A DNA stretch of 64,000 nucleotides from Oscillospiraceae bacterium (GTDB taxonomy: Bacteria; Bacillota; Clostridia; Oscillospirales; SIG627), in assembly GCA_034925865.1 (NCBI GenBank), contig JAYFRN010000004.1, positions 3,976-67,975 of the forward strand. Reading direction: 5' to 3'. Below are positions 56,591 through 64,000 of the stretch, in pieces. Each line of letters opens with the position of its first letter. The stretch's first letter is position 1. The position numbers were made by a program, and so were the translations under genes. The notes under the pieces were generated by a model. That model was given only the letters and a program-made list of their open reading frames with translations, searched no databases and was not told the origin of the DNA.

Positions 56591-57562
56591 TTAATCAATC
56601 AGGCAAATACTGTAACATCCAAAATCAATTCCGCCGGCTTCGCCTCCGATAGACGGTATGTTTGCTCTGACATAAGTGCCGTATACCTCGGCTTGATTTG
56701 TACATCCTTCCAGAATAAATGCGGTGAATCCTATGATCCTGATTGTTCGTGTGTCTATAGTTTCATATACCGGGACGATGACGACTCTCGGGCATCCGAA
56801 TACAAAATGAGAAGCGTTGCATCCTCCGTCGCCTTCAAAATGTGTGCATGAGTTTATTCTTTCAGGTATTGCGCTTTTAACGGCGGACGCCATGTTACCT
56901 GTAGCCAGAGGTAAAATCTGACCGACATAGTTTTCTCCGTCAAAACCGTTTGCGATCCATCCCTTTACGGCATTCGCGTTTGTGCTTGTTCCGTCAAGGG
57001 CAATATAACCAAAAACACCGTTTTCTCCGCCGCCTCCGCCTGCTTTAGGAACGGCATATCCTTGTTCGAACGTAAACGCGTTCGCATCAATACCGAATGG
57101 CACCGCGCCCGAGACGCGCCCGGTTGCATATGTTCCGACCGAGGCGGATTTTTCTGAAGAAATCTGCGATATGCCTATTATTGTCGAGAAATATGTTTTC
57201 GCCGTTGCGGCTGTTGAAATGGTTAAGGACGTATAATATCCGCCTGAGCCGGAAAAGCAAACATCATCTTCTGAAAAATCGTTAAAGCCGTTTTTTTGCA
57301 AATACGAATTGGCTGTATTATATACTTCCTCGATTGCCGATGAGTCGCTTTCTGAAACAGGAAGAAGCTGACCGGCTGCGAGAGCGGCGGCATCCAGCGC
57401 GTTTTGCGCTTCAGCTATTTTAACATATGCTGCTCCGATATCAACGGTAAAGGCGGAGACAATTAAAAGTGAAGTCACTAAGAACGCCATCATTATCGTC
57501 ATGTCGCCTTTTTCAGAGGACATGAATCCATTTCTTATTTTATTAAATATCATATGTTTCAT
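56591..57562 (-). CDS. TadG-like pseudopilin/pilus-assembly protein (TadE/G N-terminal domain)
   Basis: N-terminal GDMTIMMAFLVTSLLIVSAFTVDIGAAY followed by a G/A/T-rich extracellular part. Confidence 0.65.
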   Translation of the reverse strand: MKHMIFNKIRNGFMSSEKGDMTIMMAFLVTSLLIVSAFTVDIGAAYVKIAEAQNALDAAALAAGQLLPVSESDSSAIEEVYNTANSYLQKNGFNDFSEDDVCFSGSGGYYTSLTISTAATAKTYFSTIIGISQISSEKSASVGTYATGRVSGAVPFGIDANAFTFEQGYAVPKAGGGGGENGVFGYIALDGTSTNANAVKGWIANGFDGENYVGQILPLATGNMASAVKSAIPERINSCTHFEGDGGCNASHFVFGCPRVVIVPVYETIDTRTIRIIGFTAFILEGCTNQAEVYGTYVRANIPSIGGEAGGIDFGCYSICLID

Positions 57563-57573
57563 GCGGTCTCACC

Positions 57574-58017
57574 TCATTCAACTTTCATTATCACTGTTCC
57601 GGTTAATATCAGCCTGCCGTTTGAAAAGAGTAAATCACCTACCGGTGTCAAAGCGTTTGCTTGTGCCGTAACCGTCACCGTTACGTCTCCGCTTTTGTGA
57701 TTTGACGGATTTGAAAATGAAACCGCTACATCAATATCACCGAAAACGGCCAATCTCCGGACTCTTGATTCTATGGTACTTTCAAGGCTGCTTTCTTCGC
57801 TGTGCAAAGCGGCATATCTCGCGCCTTCCCGGGCGCAATTCGTAACAGAAAGCTTCATATTAAATAATATACCGAATTCTATGATGCCGAAAACCAGCAG
57901 AAGAAAAATGGGCAGCATTAATGCAAATTCCACTACGCTTTGCCCGCTTTCAGTTTTAAGCGGGTTTGATGAACATATTGAAAGCGTTGATCGAAAATCG
58001 CGCATAAGCTTTTTCAA
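57574..58017 (-). CDS. tadE: TadE-like pseudopilin
   Basis: SGQSVVEFALMLPIFLLLVFGIIEFG motif. TTG start after GGGGGAAG; the upstream ORF extension was rejected. Confidence 0.7.
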   Translation of the reverse strand: MKKLMRDFRSTLSICSSNPLKTESGQSVVEFALMLPIFLLLVFGIIEFGILFNMKLSVTNCAREGARYAALHSEESSLESTIESRVRRLAVFGDIDVAVSFSNPSNHKSGDVTVTVTAQANALTPVGDLLFSNGRLILTGTVIMKVE

Positions 58018-58032
58018 TACAACTTCCCCCTT

Positions 58033-58063
58033 AAAACAAAAATCCGCTTCATAAAAAAGCGGG
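58033..58063 (-). terminator. Terminator-like hairpin just upstream of the tadE SD
   Basis: On the minus strand, CCGCTT-ttttatg-AAGCGG is followed by ATTTTTGTTTT. Confidence 0.45.
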
Positions 58064-58384
58064 TTCGGCAGCAATGCAATCAAATGCAAAAAATTTCATT
58101 GCATTATAATTACATAACATTAATTTTATATGTCGGATAAATACAGATCAGGAACTTATTATTAACTCGTCATTAGATAATTACCGCTTAAAGATAGAAA
58201 AGACTTTGGTATATGGGCTTTTCTATTTTATAAAACACAACTTATTTAATTGCCGTTTTAATAATGATCTGATAGTCCCAAATCATAACGAAAATTCCCG
58301 ATACTGAATTATCGAACACGTTTTTGCCGCCCCTTGCAAAAAACGTTCGATTATCTATAATGAGATAAACAAAAGCGGGATATA

Positions 58385-58420
58385 ACGGAAAAGGGAAGGA
58401 AACCGCCCGCCCTTTTCCGT
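58385..58420 (-). terminator. Hairpin immediately after the pilin gene (partial terminator candidate)
   Basis: ACGGAAAAGGG/CCCTTTTCCGT 11-bp stem, 20 nt downstream of the flp stop. Confidence 0.5.
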
Positions 58421-58440
58421 TAAGCTGAGTTTTAAGACTA

Positions 58441-58617
58441 TTATACTGCTGTAGGATCAGTCAGAGCTTGTTGAGCCTCACCAAATTTTTTCGCGATTTC
58501 CGGCCCAAGCGTGAGAAGAGCGACGACAACGACAATTGCGATGAGACCGATGATCAGTCCGTATTCGACCATTCCCTGGCCGTTTTCATCCTTGAGAATT
58601 GACATGAACTTTTTCAT
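58441..58617 (-). CDS. flp: Flp-family type IVb pilin (58 aa; below the ORF-track cutoff)
   Basis: Minus-strand ORF MKKFMSILKDENGQGMVEYGLIIGLIAIVVVVALLTLGPEIAKKFGEAQQALTDPTAV. It carries the G/xxEY Flp motif and a hydrophobic helix, and has a GGGGG SD. Confidence 0.8.
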   Translation of the reverse strand: MKKFMSILKDENGQGMVEYGLIIGLIAIVVVVALLTLGPEIAKKFGEAQQALTDPTAV

Positions 58618-58639
58618 TTTAATATACCCCCAAAAATTT

Positions 58640-59299
58640 TTATATATTATAAAACAGCGGGACTATCGCTGTTATAATTACGCCAAATGAAATGAAAGGT
58701 CCCATCGGAACCGATGTTTTAAGCGTTTCTTTAAAATTGTTCTTGCTTTTCGCTTTTAATAATAAAGCGTAAACCGCCGTTGACGCTCCCATTATTATTA
58801 TTGAAACGCAAAAACCGAGCAAGGAAAGATAAAGCGCGAGGACAGCGGCATATTTTACATCTCCCCAGCCGATATATTTACCAAAGTACGAGGGAATTGA
58901 AAAAACCAAAACGCCGATCAGCATGGAAAGAAACATGTTCCATATATCCTCCGTGGCATAATTCAATATGACATACAAAACCGTATTCGCCAGGATGATT
59001 AGAAGCATGGAGTTCGGTATCTTACGTATCAGCGCATCAACCGCGCTGATGCATGAGCAAGCGAAGAAGAGAATCGCGACCGGAATTAATTGGTTTATGT
59101 TTTCAAGAAGCAAAGCCGCCAGCGCGTAATAAGCGGAAAAACAAAGCGCCCAAAGCACGGTGGAACAGCTTTTATTTATATACCACACGGAATAGCTATC
59201 GCAGCTTCTTTTCTTAACAAGAATCCGTGTGAGGTAATTGGCGGAGATCCCGAGTGGAATTCCTGCTGTGGCGGAAATTATTAAAGTTGCCTGATTCAT
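58640..59299 (-). CDS. tadV: A24-family prepilin peptidase (TadV/CpaA-like)
   Basis: Polytopic membrane protein with VDALIRKIP and GWGDVKY aspartyl motifs. First gene of the operon. Confidence 0.85.
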   Translation of the reverse strand: MNQATLIISATAGIPLGISANYLTRILVKKRSCDSYSVWYINKSCSTVLWALCFSAYYALAALLLENINQLIPVAILFFACSCISAVDALIRKIPNSMLLIILANTVLYVILNYATEDIWNMFLSMLIGVLVFSIPSYFGKYIGWGDVKYAAVLALYLSLLGFCVSIIIMGASTAVYALLLKAKSKNNFKETLKTSVPMGPFISFGVIITAIVPLFYNI

Positions 59300-59345
59300 T
59301 AATAAAGTTTTCCTTATGTGGATTAACAGTGATTATATAGTAGCT

Positions 59346-59386
59346 TTAAAAAAATATGGGTTGTGACCGTTTCCGGCACAACCCAT
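59346..59386 (-). terminator. Intrinsic terminator between the leader and tadV (expression platform candidate)
   Basis: On the minus strand, ATGGGTTGTG..CCG/CGG..CACAACCCAT is followed by ATTTTTTT. It ends ~45 nt upstream of the tadV ATG. Confidence 0.65.
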
Positions 59387-59426
59387 TAAACATCAAAACA
59401 TCATTATGTATATGATGAATTAGTAT

Positions 59427-59526
59427 GGTTATATTCGGAAACTGGCTGTCATGAACCTTCCGGCTTTTAGACCCTTTAGCTTTGTGTCATTTCCTTTCGG
59501 AAATTTTACTATTGTCGTATAACGAC
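59427..59526 (-). ncRNA. Candidate c-di-GMP-I (GEMM-I)-like riboswitch aptamer
   Basis: The minus strand reads UUUCC-GAAA-GGAAA hairpin, then UGACACAAAGCUAAAGGGUCUAAAA...AUGACAGCCAGUUUCCGAA. This resembles the GEMM-I core (GNRA hairpin, GACGCAAAGC, AUGACAGCC..CCGAA) as recalled from memory. No covariance model was run. Confidence 0.45.
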
Positions 59527-59582
59527 TATTCTATTATGATATATGAGGTGAGCCAAACGACTTATCTCTTAATTACACTATT

Positions 59583-59612
59583 ACTATACACCGAAGGATA
59601 TATATTTGTCAA
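59583..59612 (-). promoter_or_regulatory. Candidate SigA-type promoter of the Tad leader
   Basis: On the minus strand: TTGACA, 18-nt spacer, TATAGT. Confidence 0.4.
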
Positions 59613-59686
59613 TAGATTAAATGAAAAAAATTGAAAATTATGAAAATTTTATAAAAATATTGCATTATATTTGTTAAATATGCTGG

Positions 59687-61048
59687 TTATCGTATTTTTT
59701 TAATCCATTTGTATCTGTTTACTTTTATTGCCGCGACCGAGCATTTTAAAATCTGATCGCATTTAAGGCAAGCATAGACCGCAAGAGGAGGGAATTTAAA
59801 TATAAACGCACATAAAACCGAAGCAGGAAGAATTATGAGCCACATGAAAATTAGGTCGTTTTTTAAAACAAAATCCGTTTCTCCGCCGCTCCTTACAATA
59901 CCAGTCAAAACCGGCATCTGATATGCCGTTCCGATTGAAGTAAAAGACAAAACCGTCATAAAATTAAGGGCTAAATTGGCTGAAGCAGGAGACAGCTTTG
60001 TGTAAAGCGTTAAAATCGGTATTCTTAGAATAAAAAGTGTCACTCCGGTAGCTAAGCCGAAGCCAAGAAAAAGAAGCTGTAAAGCGCGGGTACACGGCTT
60101 AATCATATCCGTTTTCCCTTCGCCAATCATTTTGCTGATAATAACGGAGCTTGCGCTGGCGGAGCCATACAGAAATACCGATACAATCTGGAAAACCGTA
60201 GATGACACAGCATTGGCTGATATTGCGTTTTCTCCCATATGACCCAGTATTGCTGTTTGAAACGCCATTGCTATACCCCAGGTAAGACTGGATAAGAAAA
60301 CAGGTGAGCCATGCTTTATATAGCCTTTTAATTGTTCTCTGTCGCTCGGTTTAATAAGATCGCTTAATTTAAGCCTGACTTTTTTGTCTGTTTTAAATAC
60401 AAAGAAAGCAATTACAATCATTTCTATGATACGCGAAATTAATGTGGCGAAAGCGGCGCCCCTGACACCCATTTCAGGGAATCCGAGGTTTCCGTATATA
60501 AGGAGATAATTCAAGCAGATATTAATTATTAATGTAGAAAGTGATACATAAAATCCGATCTTAACTGTTTCCACACTTCTGAGCATCATTAAAAGAGAAC
60601 GTGATATGGCAAATATCGGATATGAAAATGCGATTATAACGGCATATTTTGTTCCTTCGGAGACAAATTTCGTGCTGTCTGAAAGAAGTCCGAGAATGCC
60701 TGAAGGGAAAAATAGCATGATTAATCCGAGAATCATTGAAACGCTTATGGAGAATTTAAGTGCGATGTTTGATATGGATTTAATGGAAGCCGTGTCCTTC
60801 TCACCCCAGCTTCGCGAAGCGAATATCAATGCTCCTTCTGAAATACCCATTACAAGCATTTGAAGGAGATATTGAATTTGATTTACAAGGCTTACACCGG
60901 ACAAAGCGGCTTCAGAATATTGCGACAGCATAATATTGTCGGCAAGGTTTACGGCAAAAACGATCGCGTTTTGAAAAGCGATGACAGTGGTCATTGAAAG
61001 AAAAGTTCGGTAAAAGGCTTTGCTTTTGATTATGCAGCAGTTATTCAT
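59687..61048 (-). CDS. MATE family efflux transporter
   Basis: 12 TM helices and NorM/DinF-like MatE repeats. The start is uncertain (61048 ATG or 61066 TTG). Confidence 0.8.
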   Translation of the reverse strand: MNNCCIIKSKAFYRTFLSMTTVIAFQNAIVFAVNLADNIMLSQYSEAALSGVSLVNQIQYLLQMLVMGISEGALIFASRSWGEKDTASIKSISNIALKFSISVSMILGLIMLFFPSGILGLLSDSTKFVSEGTKYAVIIAFSYPIFAISRSLLMMLRSVETVKIGFYVSLSTLIINICLNYLLIYGNLGFPEMGVRGAAFATLISRIIEMIVIAFFVFKTDKKVRLKLSDLIKPSDREQLKGYIKHGSPVFLSSLTWGIAMAFQTAILGHMGENAISANAVSSTVFQIVSVFLYGSASASSVIISKMIGEGKTDMIKPCTRALQLLFLGFGLATGVTLFILRIPILTLYTKLSPASANLALNFMTVLSFTSIGTAYQMPVLTGIVRSGGETDFVLKNDLIFMWLIILPASVLCAFIFKFPPLAVYACLKCDQILKCSVAAIKVNRYKWIKKIR

Positions 61049-61402
61049 AAATAATACGACAAGCAAGTATAGCCTGGCTTGTGTTTAACTTTCATAAATA
61101 TCAATTTTCTGTTTTTTACGAGGTAATCAAATTATTAATGTTGAAAAATAAAAAATCATTGGTATATAGGCTTTATATTATACTATTATCTGTTCTAAGT
61201 CAAGAATATAACTTCATTTTTACTTAAATTTGAATTTGAAGTATTGCATAAATATAAAGCTTACTAATAGTTATGACAGACAAAACCAGTAAATTTGAAA
61301 ATAAGTGAAAATTTACGCTGATTTAATGTTATGCAATGTGTACAATAAACTGCATTAAAAGTAACATATAACGCAGAATGTTTGGAAATGTTGTTAAAAT
61401 CA

Positions 61403-61431
61403 TTGACTTTATAAAAAAACAAATATATACT
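61403..61431 (+). promoter_or_regulatory. SigA-type promoter for the regulator gene
   Basis: TTGACT, 17-nt spacer, TATACT. Confidence 0.45.
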
Positions 61432-61455
61432 TAAAGAGAACGAGCGGAGTAAAAA

Positions 61456-62580
61456 ATGAGAAAAAATACCGATTGCGAATATGTAAAAAGACAAATTGTC
61501 GACATAATAAAAAGCGGCGAGTTAAAACCGGGTGATAAAATGTATTCCGGACGTGCTGTCGCTTCGATGCTCGGATGCAGCCCGAATACTGCTGAAAAAG
61601 CTTTGTCTCAGCTTGAACAAAGCGGATATATAATAAGAACCGAACGAAAAAGCAGCTATGTAAGCGGAAACATAAGTATCTATCCGAAAAACAACTGTAT
61701 TGTCGCCGTATTTATTGTTTATATTGATATTCCGTTATGGTCATCTGTTTTGCAGGTTCTTGAAAGCTGTTTCGCCGAATACGGATTTTATATGCTGGCT
61801 GTAGGACACGACAATACCGTTGAAAAGCTTATAGAACGGCTTAACAATATAAATAAAAGCAAGGTTGACGGAGTAATCATCACGCCTTTTTTCTGTGAAT
61901 CAAGGCTTGAAAAAGAATTTTCCAAAGCGATTAATCGTTTGCTATCAGAAAATATCCCTGTGGTTTTTATGGACAGAACTGTAGATGGGCTTGATGTTCC
62001 ATGTGTATCAAGCAACAACATAATGGCGTCCATGAAGCTGTGTGATTATCTGATAAAAAACGGGCATAAAAAAATTGCGGTATTAAGAAACAGCTCGGTT
62101 TCCGCTGTCATTGACCGCAGAGACGGCTTTTATATGGCGGCGGCACAAAACAGAGTAAAATCTGATGTTGAAATATATGATTTATACATAAATTCTATAG
62201 ATGAGCATATAAAGAATGAGCATCAAAAATTATTTTCTGAAAAGCTGATGGAAAGGTTTGAGGAAATAAAACCTACCGCTCTTTTTACCATTAATGCGCA
62301 GCTTGCTTCGCTTGCTGTGTCATCGCTGGAAAATGCCGGCTACAGGATTCCTGATGATGTTTCTCTTGTAACCTTTGACGCCGAATGCGCAAAAATAAAA
62401 GGTAGATTAAAAATAACAGGCATAAATCAGGATTTTTGTAAAATGAGTGTTTTGGCAGCTGCGATGATAGCAGATCGTATTTTTACGGGCATATCCGGAT
62501 GTACTGAAGAATTATCTCGTCAGACGGTTGAAGCGTCGTTTTATGAGGGTAATTCAGTGGCACCGTTAAAAAATTTTTAA
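61456..62580 (+). CDS. GntR-type winged-HTH regulator fused to a LacI/PBP1-type sugar-binding domain
   Basis: N-terminal GDKMYSGRAVASMLGCSPNTAEKALSQLEQSGYI, then a periplasmic-binding-protein-like core (VDGVIITP, FMDR). Confidence 0.75.
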   Translation: MRKNTDCEYVKRQIVDIIKSGELKPGDKMYSGRAVASMLGCSPNTAEKALSQLEQSGYIIRTERKSSYVSGNISIYPKNNCIVAVFIVYIDIPLWSSVLQVLESCFAEYGFYMLAVGHDNTVEKLIERLNNINKSKVDGVIITPFFCESRLEKEFSKAINRLLSENIPVVFMDRTVDGLDVPCVSSNNIMASMKLCDYLIKNGHKKIAVLRNSSVSAVIDRRDGFYMAAAQNRVKSDVEIYDLYINSIDEHIKNEHQKLFSEKLMERFEEIKPTALFTINAQLASLAVSSLENAGYRIPDDVSLVTFDAECAKIKGRLKITGINQDFCKMSVLAAAMIADRIFTGISGCTEELSRQTVEASFYEGNSVAPLKNF

Positions 62581-62593
62581 AGAGGAGAACACT

Positions 62594-63454
62594 ATGAAGA
62601 AATTATCCGTTGTAACCTTGATATTGGCGATTGTAATGATGCTGTGTACCGCATTCCCCGTATCAGCTTATCCAGAAGGATCAAAAGCGGCAACTGCTTA
62701 CACAGGCACACCGCATATTGACGGCAAGATTGATGAGGTTTGGGCTCAGGCCGAAATGTTCGAGGCAAATGATTTCAATCTATATAGTTGGGCTTCAAAT
62801 CCAAAAACTGCGACCGGTAAATTAAGAACTCTTTGGGACAGTAAGTATTTTTATATTCTTGCTGAAATAACCACTGATCCTAATTTTGATTTTACTGCTT
62901 CACAGAGCACAGTGTGGGAAAGAGATTCCCTCGGCGTATTTGTTGATTACAGCTATAAACGCGACGAAAATTATAAATATTCATTAGCGAACGGCGACAT
63001 TTATGAGTATTTAAACATACAAGCTGATGGAAAATACTATGGAACATACGGAACCTCCAGTGTCAAACCGGAAGATTATCCCGAGATTTTAATCTCTAGT
63101 GAAAAAAATGCGACAGGTTATGTAATGGAGATCGCAATTCCGCTTTCAAAACCGGGATTGAAAATCGGCGAAAAGGTCGGTTTTGATGTCAACATATGTG
63201 AAGCCGACTCAGGCAAACGTGTCGGAGTGACGGCATGGAATGCCAACGCAACCGATATGTGGCAATACAGCAATGTTCTCGGTACAATTACCCTTGGCGG
63301 TTCAAACGCTCCAAAAGAAGAGCCAAAGGAAGAACCGGAAACTGATGATAATACGACCTCTCCGACAACAGGAGATTTCACAGCATTAATGGTCGCAGCC
63401 GTGCTTGCTTCAGCCGGCTCTGCGCTAATCATTTCCAAAAAGAAAGTAAAATAA
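62594..63454 (+). CDS. Cell-wall-anchored CBM9-like carbohydrate-binding protein
   Basis: Signal peptide and an IDGKIDEVWAQAE CBM9-like start. The C-terminus has SPTTG (63359-63373), a hydrophobic helix and a KKKVK tail. Confidence 0.7.
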   Translation: MKKLSVVTLILAIVMMLCTAFPVSAYPEGSKAATAYTGTPHIDGKIDEVWAQAEMFEANDFNLYSWASNPKTATGKLRTLWDSKYFYILAEITTDPNFDFTASQSTVWERDSLGVFVDYSYKRDENYKYSLANGDIYEYLNIQADGKYYGTYGTSSVKPEDYPEILISSEKNATGYVMEIAIPLSKPGLKIGEKVGFDVNICEADSGKRVGVTAWNANATDMWQYSNVLGTITLGGSNAPKEEPKEEPETDDNTTSPTTGDFTALMVAAVLASAGSALIISKKKVK

Positions 63455-63489
63455 ATATCGCCTAGAAGAACAATAGTTTTAGATAAAGT

Positions 63490-63528
63490 ATGCCCTGACA
63501 AGCGGAAATCAATTGCTTGTCAGGGCAT
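63490..63528. terminator. Bidirectional terminator-like hairpin between convergent genes
   Basis: ATGCCCTGACAAGC/GCTTGTCAGGGCAT 14-bp perfect stem. Confidence 0.55.
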
Positions 63529-63538
63529 TAAATTGCTA

Positions 63539-64000
63539 TTATTGAATTTGCGCAGTTATTTCATTCCGGCCGGCGCAGAGAGGATATTCAGTTCCGTATA
63601 AAACTAACTTAGCGTTAGCTTTTTCAGGAACGTCAGTGCGCACCGTAACTTCGCTGCTGTCTTGTGTAATTGAGACCGTTACCTGTCCTTTGGGAGTCAT
63701 GATGCTTCCGGATATGCTTGTAAGCTCATTTATTATAATCGGAGATATTATAATTGACGAAAAACCGTTTGACTCAACCGGTTGATTTATACCAAGCAGG
63801 TATTTAAAGAGATATTTAACGACAGCTCCGAACATAGGGTGACTGTAAGAGCGTTTCCCTGTCCAGTATTCCCACAATGTCGTGCCTCCTCGTTCGATTA
63901 TAGTGTTAAATGATATCTCTTTCTTTGAGGTGAGAAGTGAATAAGCAAGCTCGCCGTATCCGTGTTCAAATAAAATTCTTGTTACGATGTCCGTGCCGAA
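63539..64000 (-). CDS. Glycoside hydrolase family 78 (alpha-L-rhamnosidase)-like protein, C-terminal part; 5' end outside the window
   Basis: GGTTLWEYW...SYSHPMFGAV..YL...LGI pattern of the rhamnosidase catalytic/C-terminal region. The frame is open to nt 64000. Confidence 0.6.
   Translation of the reverse strand, partial: FGTDIVTRILFEHGYGELAYSLLTSKKEISFNTIIERGGTTLWEYWTGKRSYSHPMFGAVVKYLFKYLLGINQPVESNGFSSIIISPIIINELTSISGSIMTPKGQVTVSITQDSSEVTVRTDVPEKANAKLVLYGTEYPLCAGRNEITAQIQ

Noticed and set aside
56186-56851. 221-aa plus-strand ORF
   Set aside because: It is antisense to cpaB and the tadG-like gene, with no SD and unstructured composition. It is a shadow ORF.
58018-58089. N-terminal extension of the tadE-like ORF (MHLIALLPNPLFYEADF..)
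   Set aside because: It overlaps a terminator-like hairpin and lacks an SD. The TTG at 58017 follows GGGGGAAG and leaves the normal short leader before the TadE hydrophobic segment.
59687-61048. MATE transporter as the missing Wzx flippase of the glycan locus
   Set aside because: It lies 18 kb from the locus on the opposite strand, separated from it by unrelated operons. Its overall pattern looks like NorM/DinF-type drug efflux rather than a polysaccharide MOP flippase. This cannot be formally excluded without phylogeny.
1-64000. Looked for CRISPR arrays, tRNA/rRNA genes, transposases, integrases, phage genes and known defence-system genes
   Set aside because: No spaced direct repeats, no cloverleaf-like or rRNA-like segments in the intergenic regions, and no ORF with recombinase, transposase or nuclease hallmarks were seen. 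The absence call comes from reading only, not from tRNAscan or HMM runs.

Overview
This 64-kb chromosomal window reads like a low-GC Gram-positive anaerobe, probably Clostridia-like. That inference rests on an LCP protein with CpsB/C/D-type capsule regulators, an (S/P)PxTG-type sorting signal, and many TTG starts behind GGAGG-type SD sequences. Contents from left to right: (i) 1-9.2 kb is an accessory patch. It holds the 3' part of a DUF4367-type anti-sigma-associated gene, two paralogous Cys-motif lipoproteins (one fused in frame to a duplicated ABC-2-like membrane ORF), a DUF4143-type AAA ATPase plus a decayed second copy, an HTH-XRE/TPR regulator broken by an in-frame TAG, and a GNAT gene with a structured leader. 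(ii) 9.4-12.3 kb carries serine hydrolase-pyrK-pyrD. (iii) 12.4-41.15 kb is a ~29-kb, single-strand cell-surface glycan locus. It contains an LCP protein, a nucleotidyltransferase-like gene, Wzz/BY-kinase/PHP phosphatase, a CapD-type dehydratase with a DegT aminotransferase and a small PglC-type priming transferase, 12 glycosyltransferases of GT2/GT4/GT8/GT32 type, an EpsG-type polymerase, acetyl/acyltransferases, LicD, and a Wzm/Wzt-type ABC exporter. No Wzx flippase is visible, and the right half is mosaic and very AT-rich. (iv) gltX-glnS. (v) An orphan solute-binding lipoprotein, a P-type cation ATPase behind a consensus promoter and a ~255-nt structured leader, and a thioredoxin-like protein. 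(vi) 50.2-59.3 kb is a minus-strand Tad/Flp pilus operon (tadV-flp-tadE-tadG-cpaB-tadZ-tadA-tadB-tadC-DUF192-DivIVA-like). It is preceded by a promoter, a leader resembling a c-di-GMP-I (GEMM-I) aptamer, and an intrinsic terminator. (vii) A MATE transporter, a GntR/PBP regulator, a CBM9-like wall-anchored protein, and the 3' part of a GH78-like rhamnosidase. No rRNA, tRNA, CRISPR array, transposase or integrase was recognised. All family assignments come from motif recognition by eye, not from database searches.
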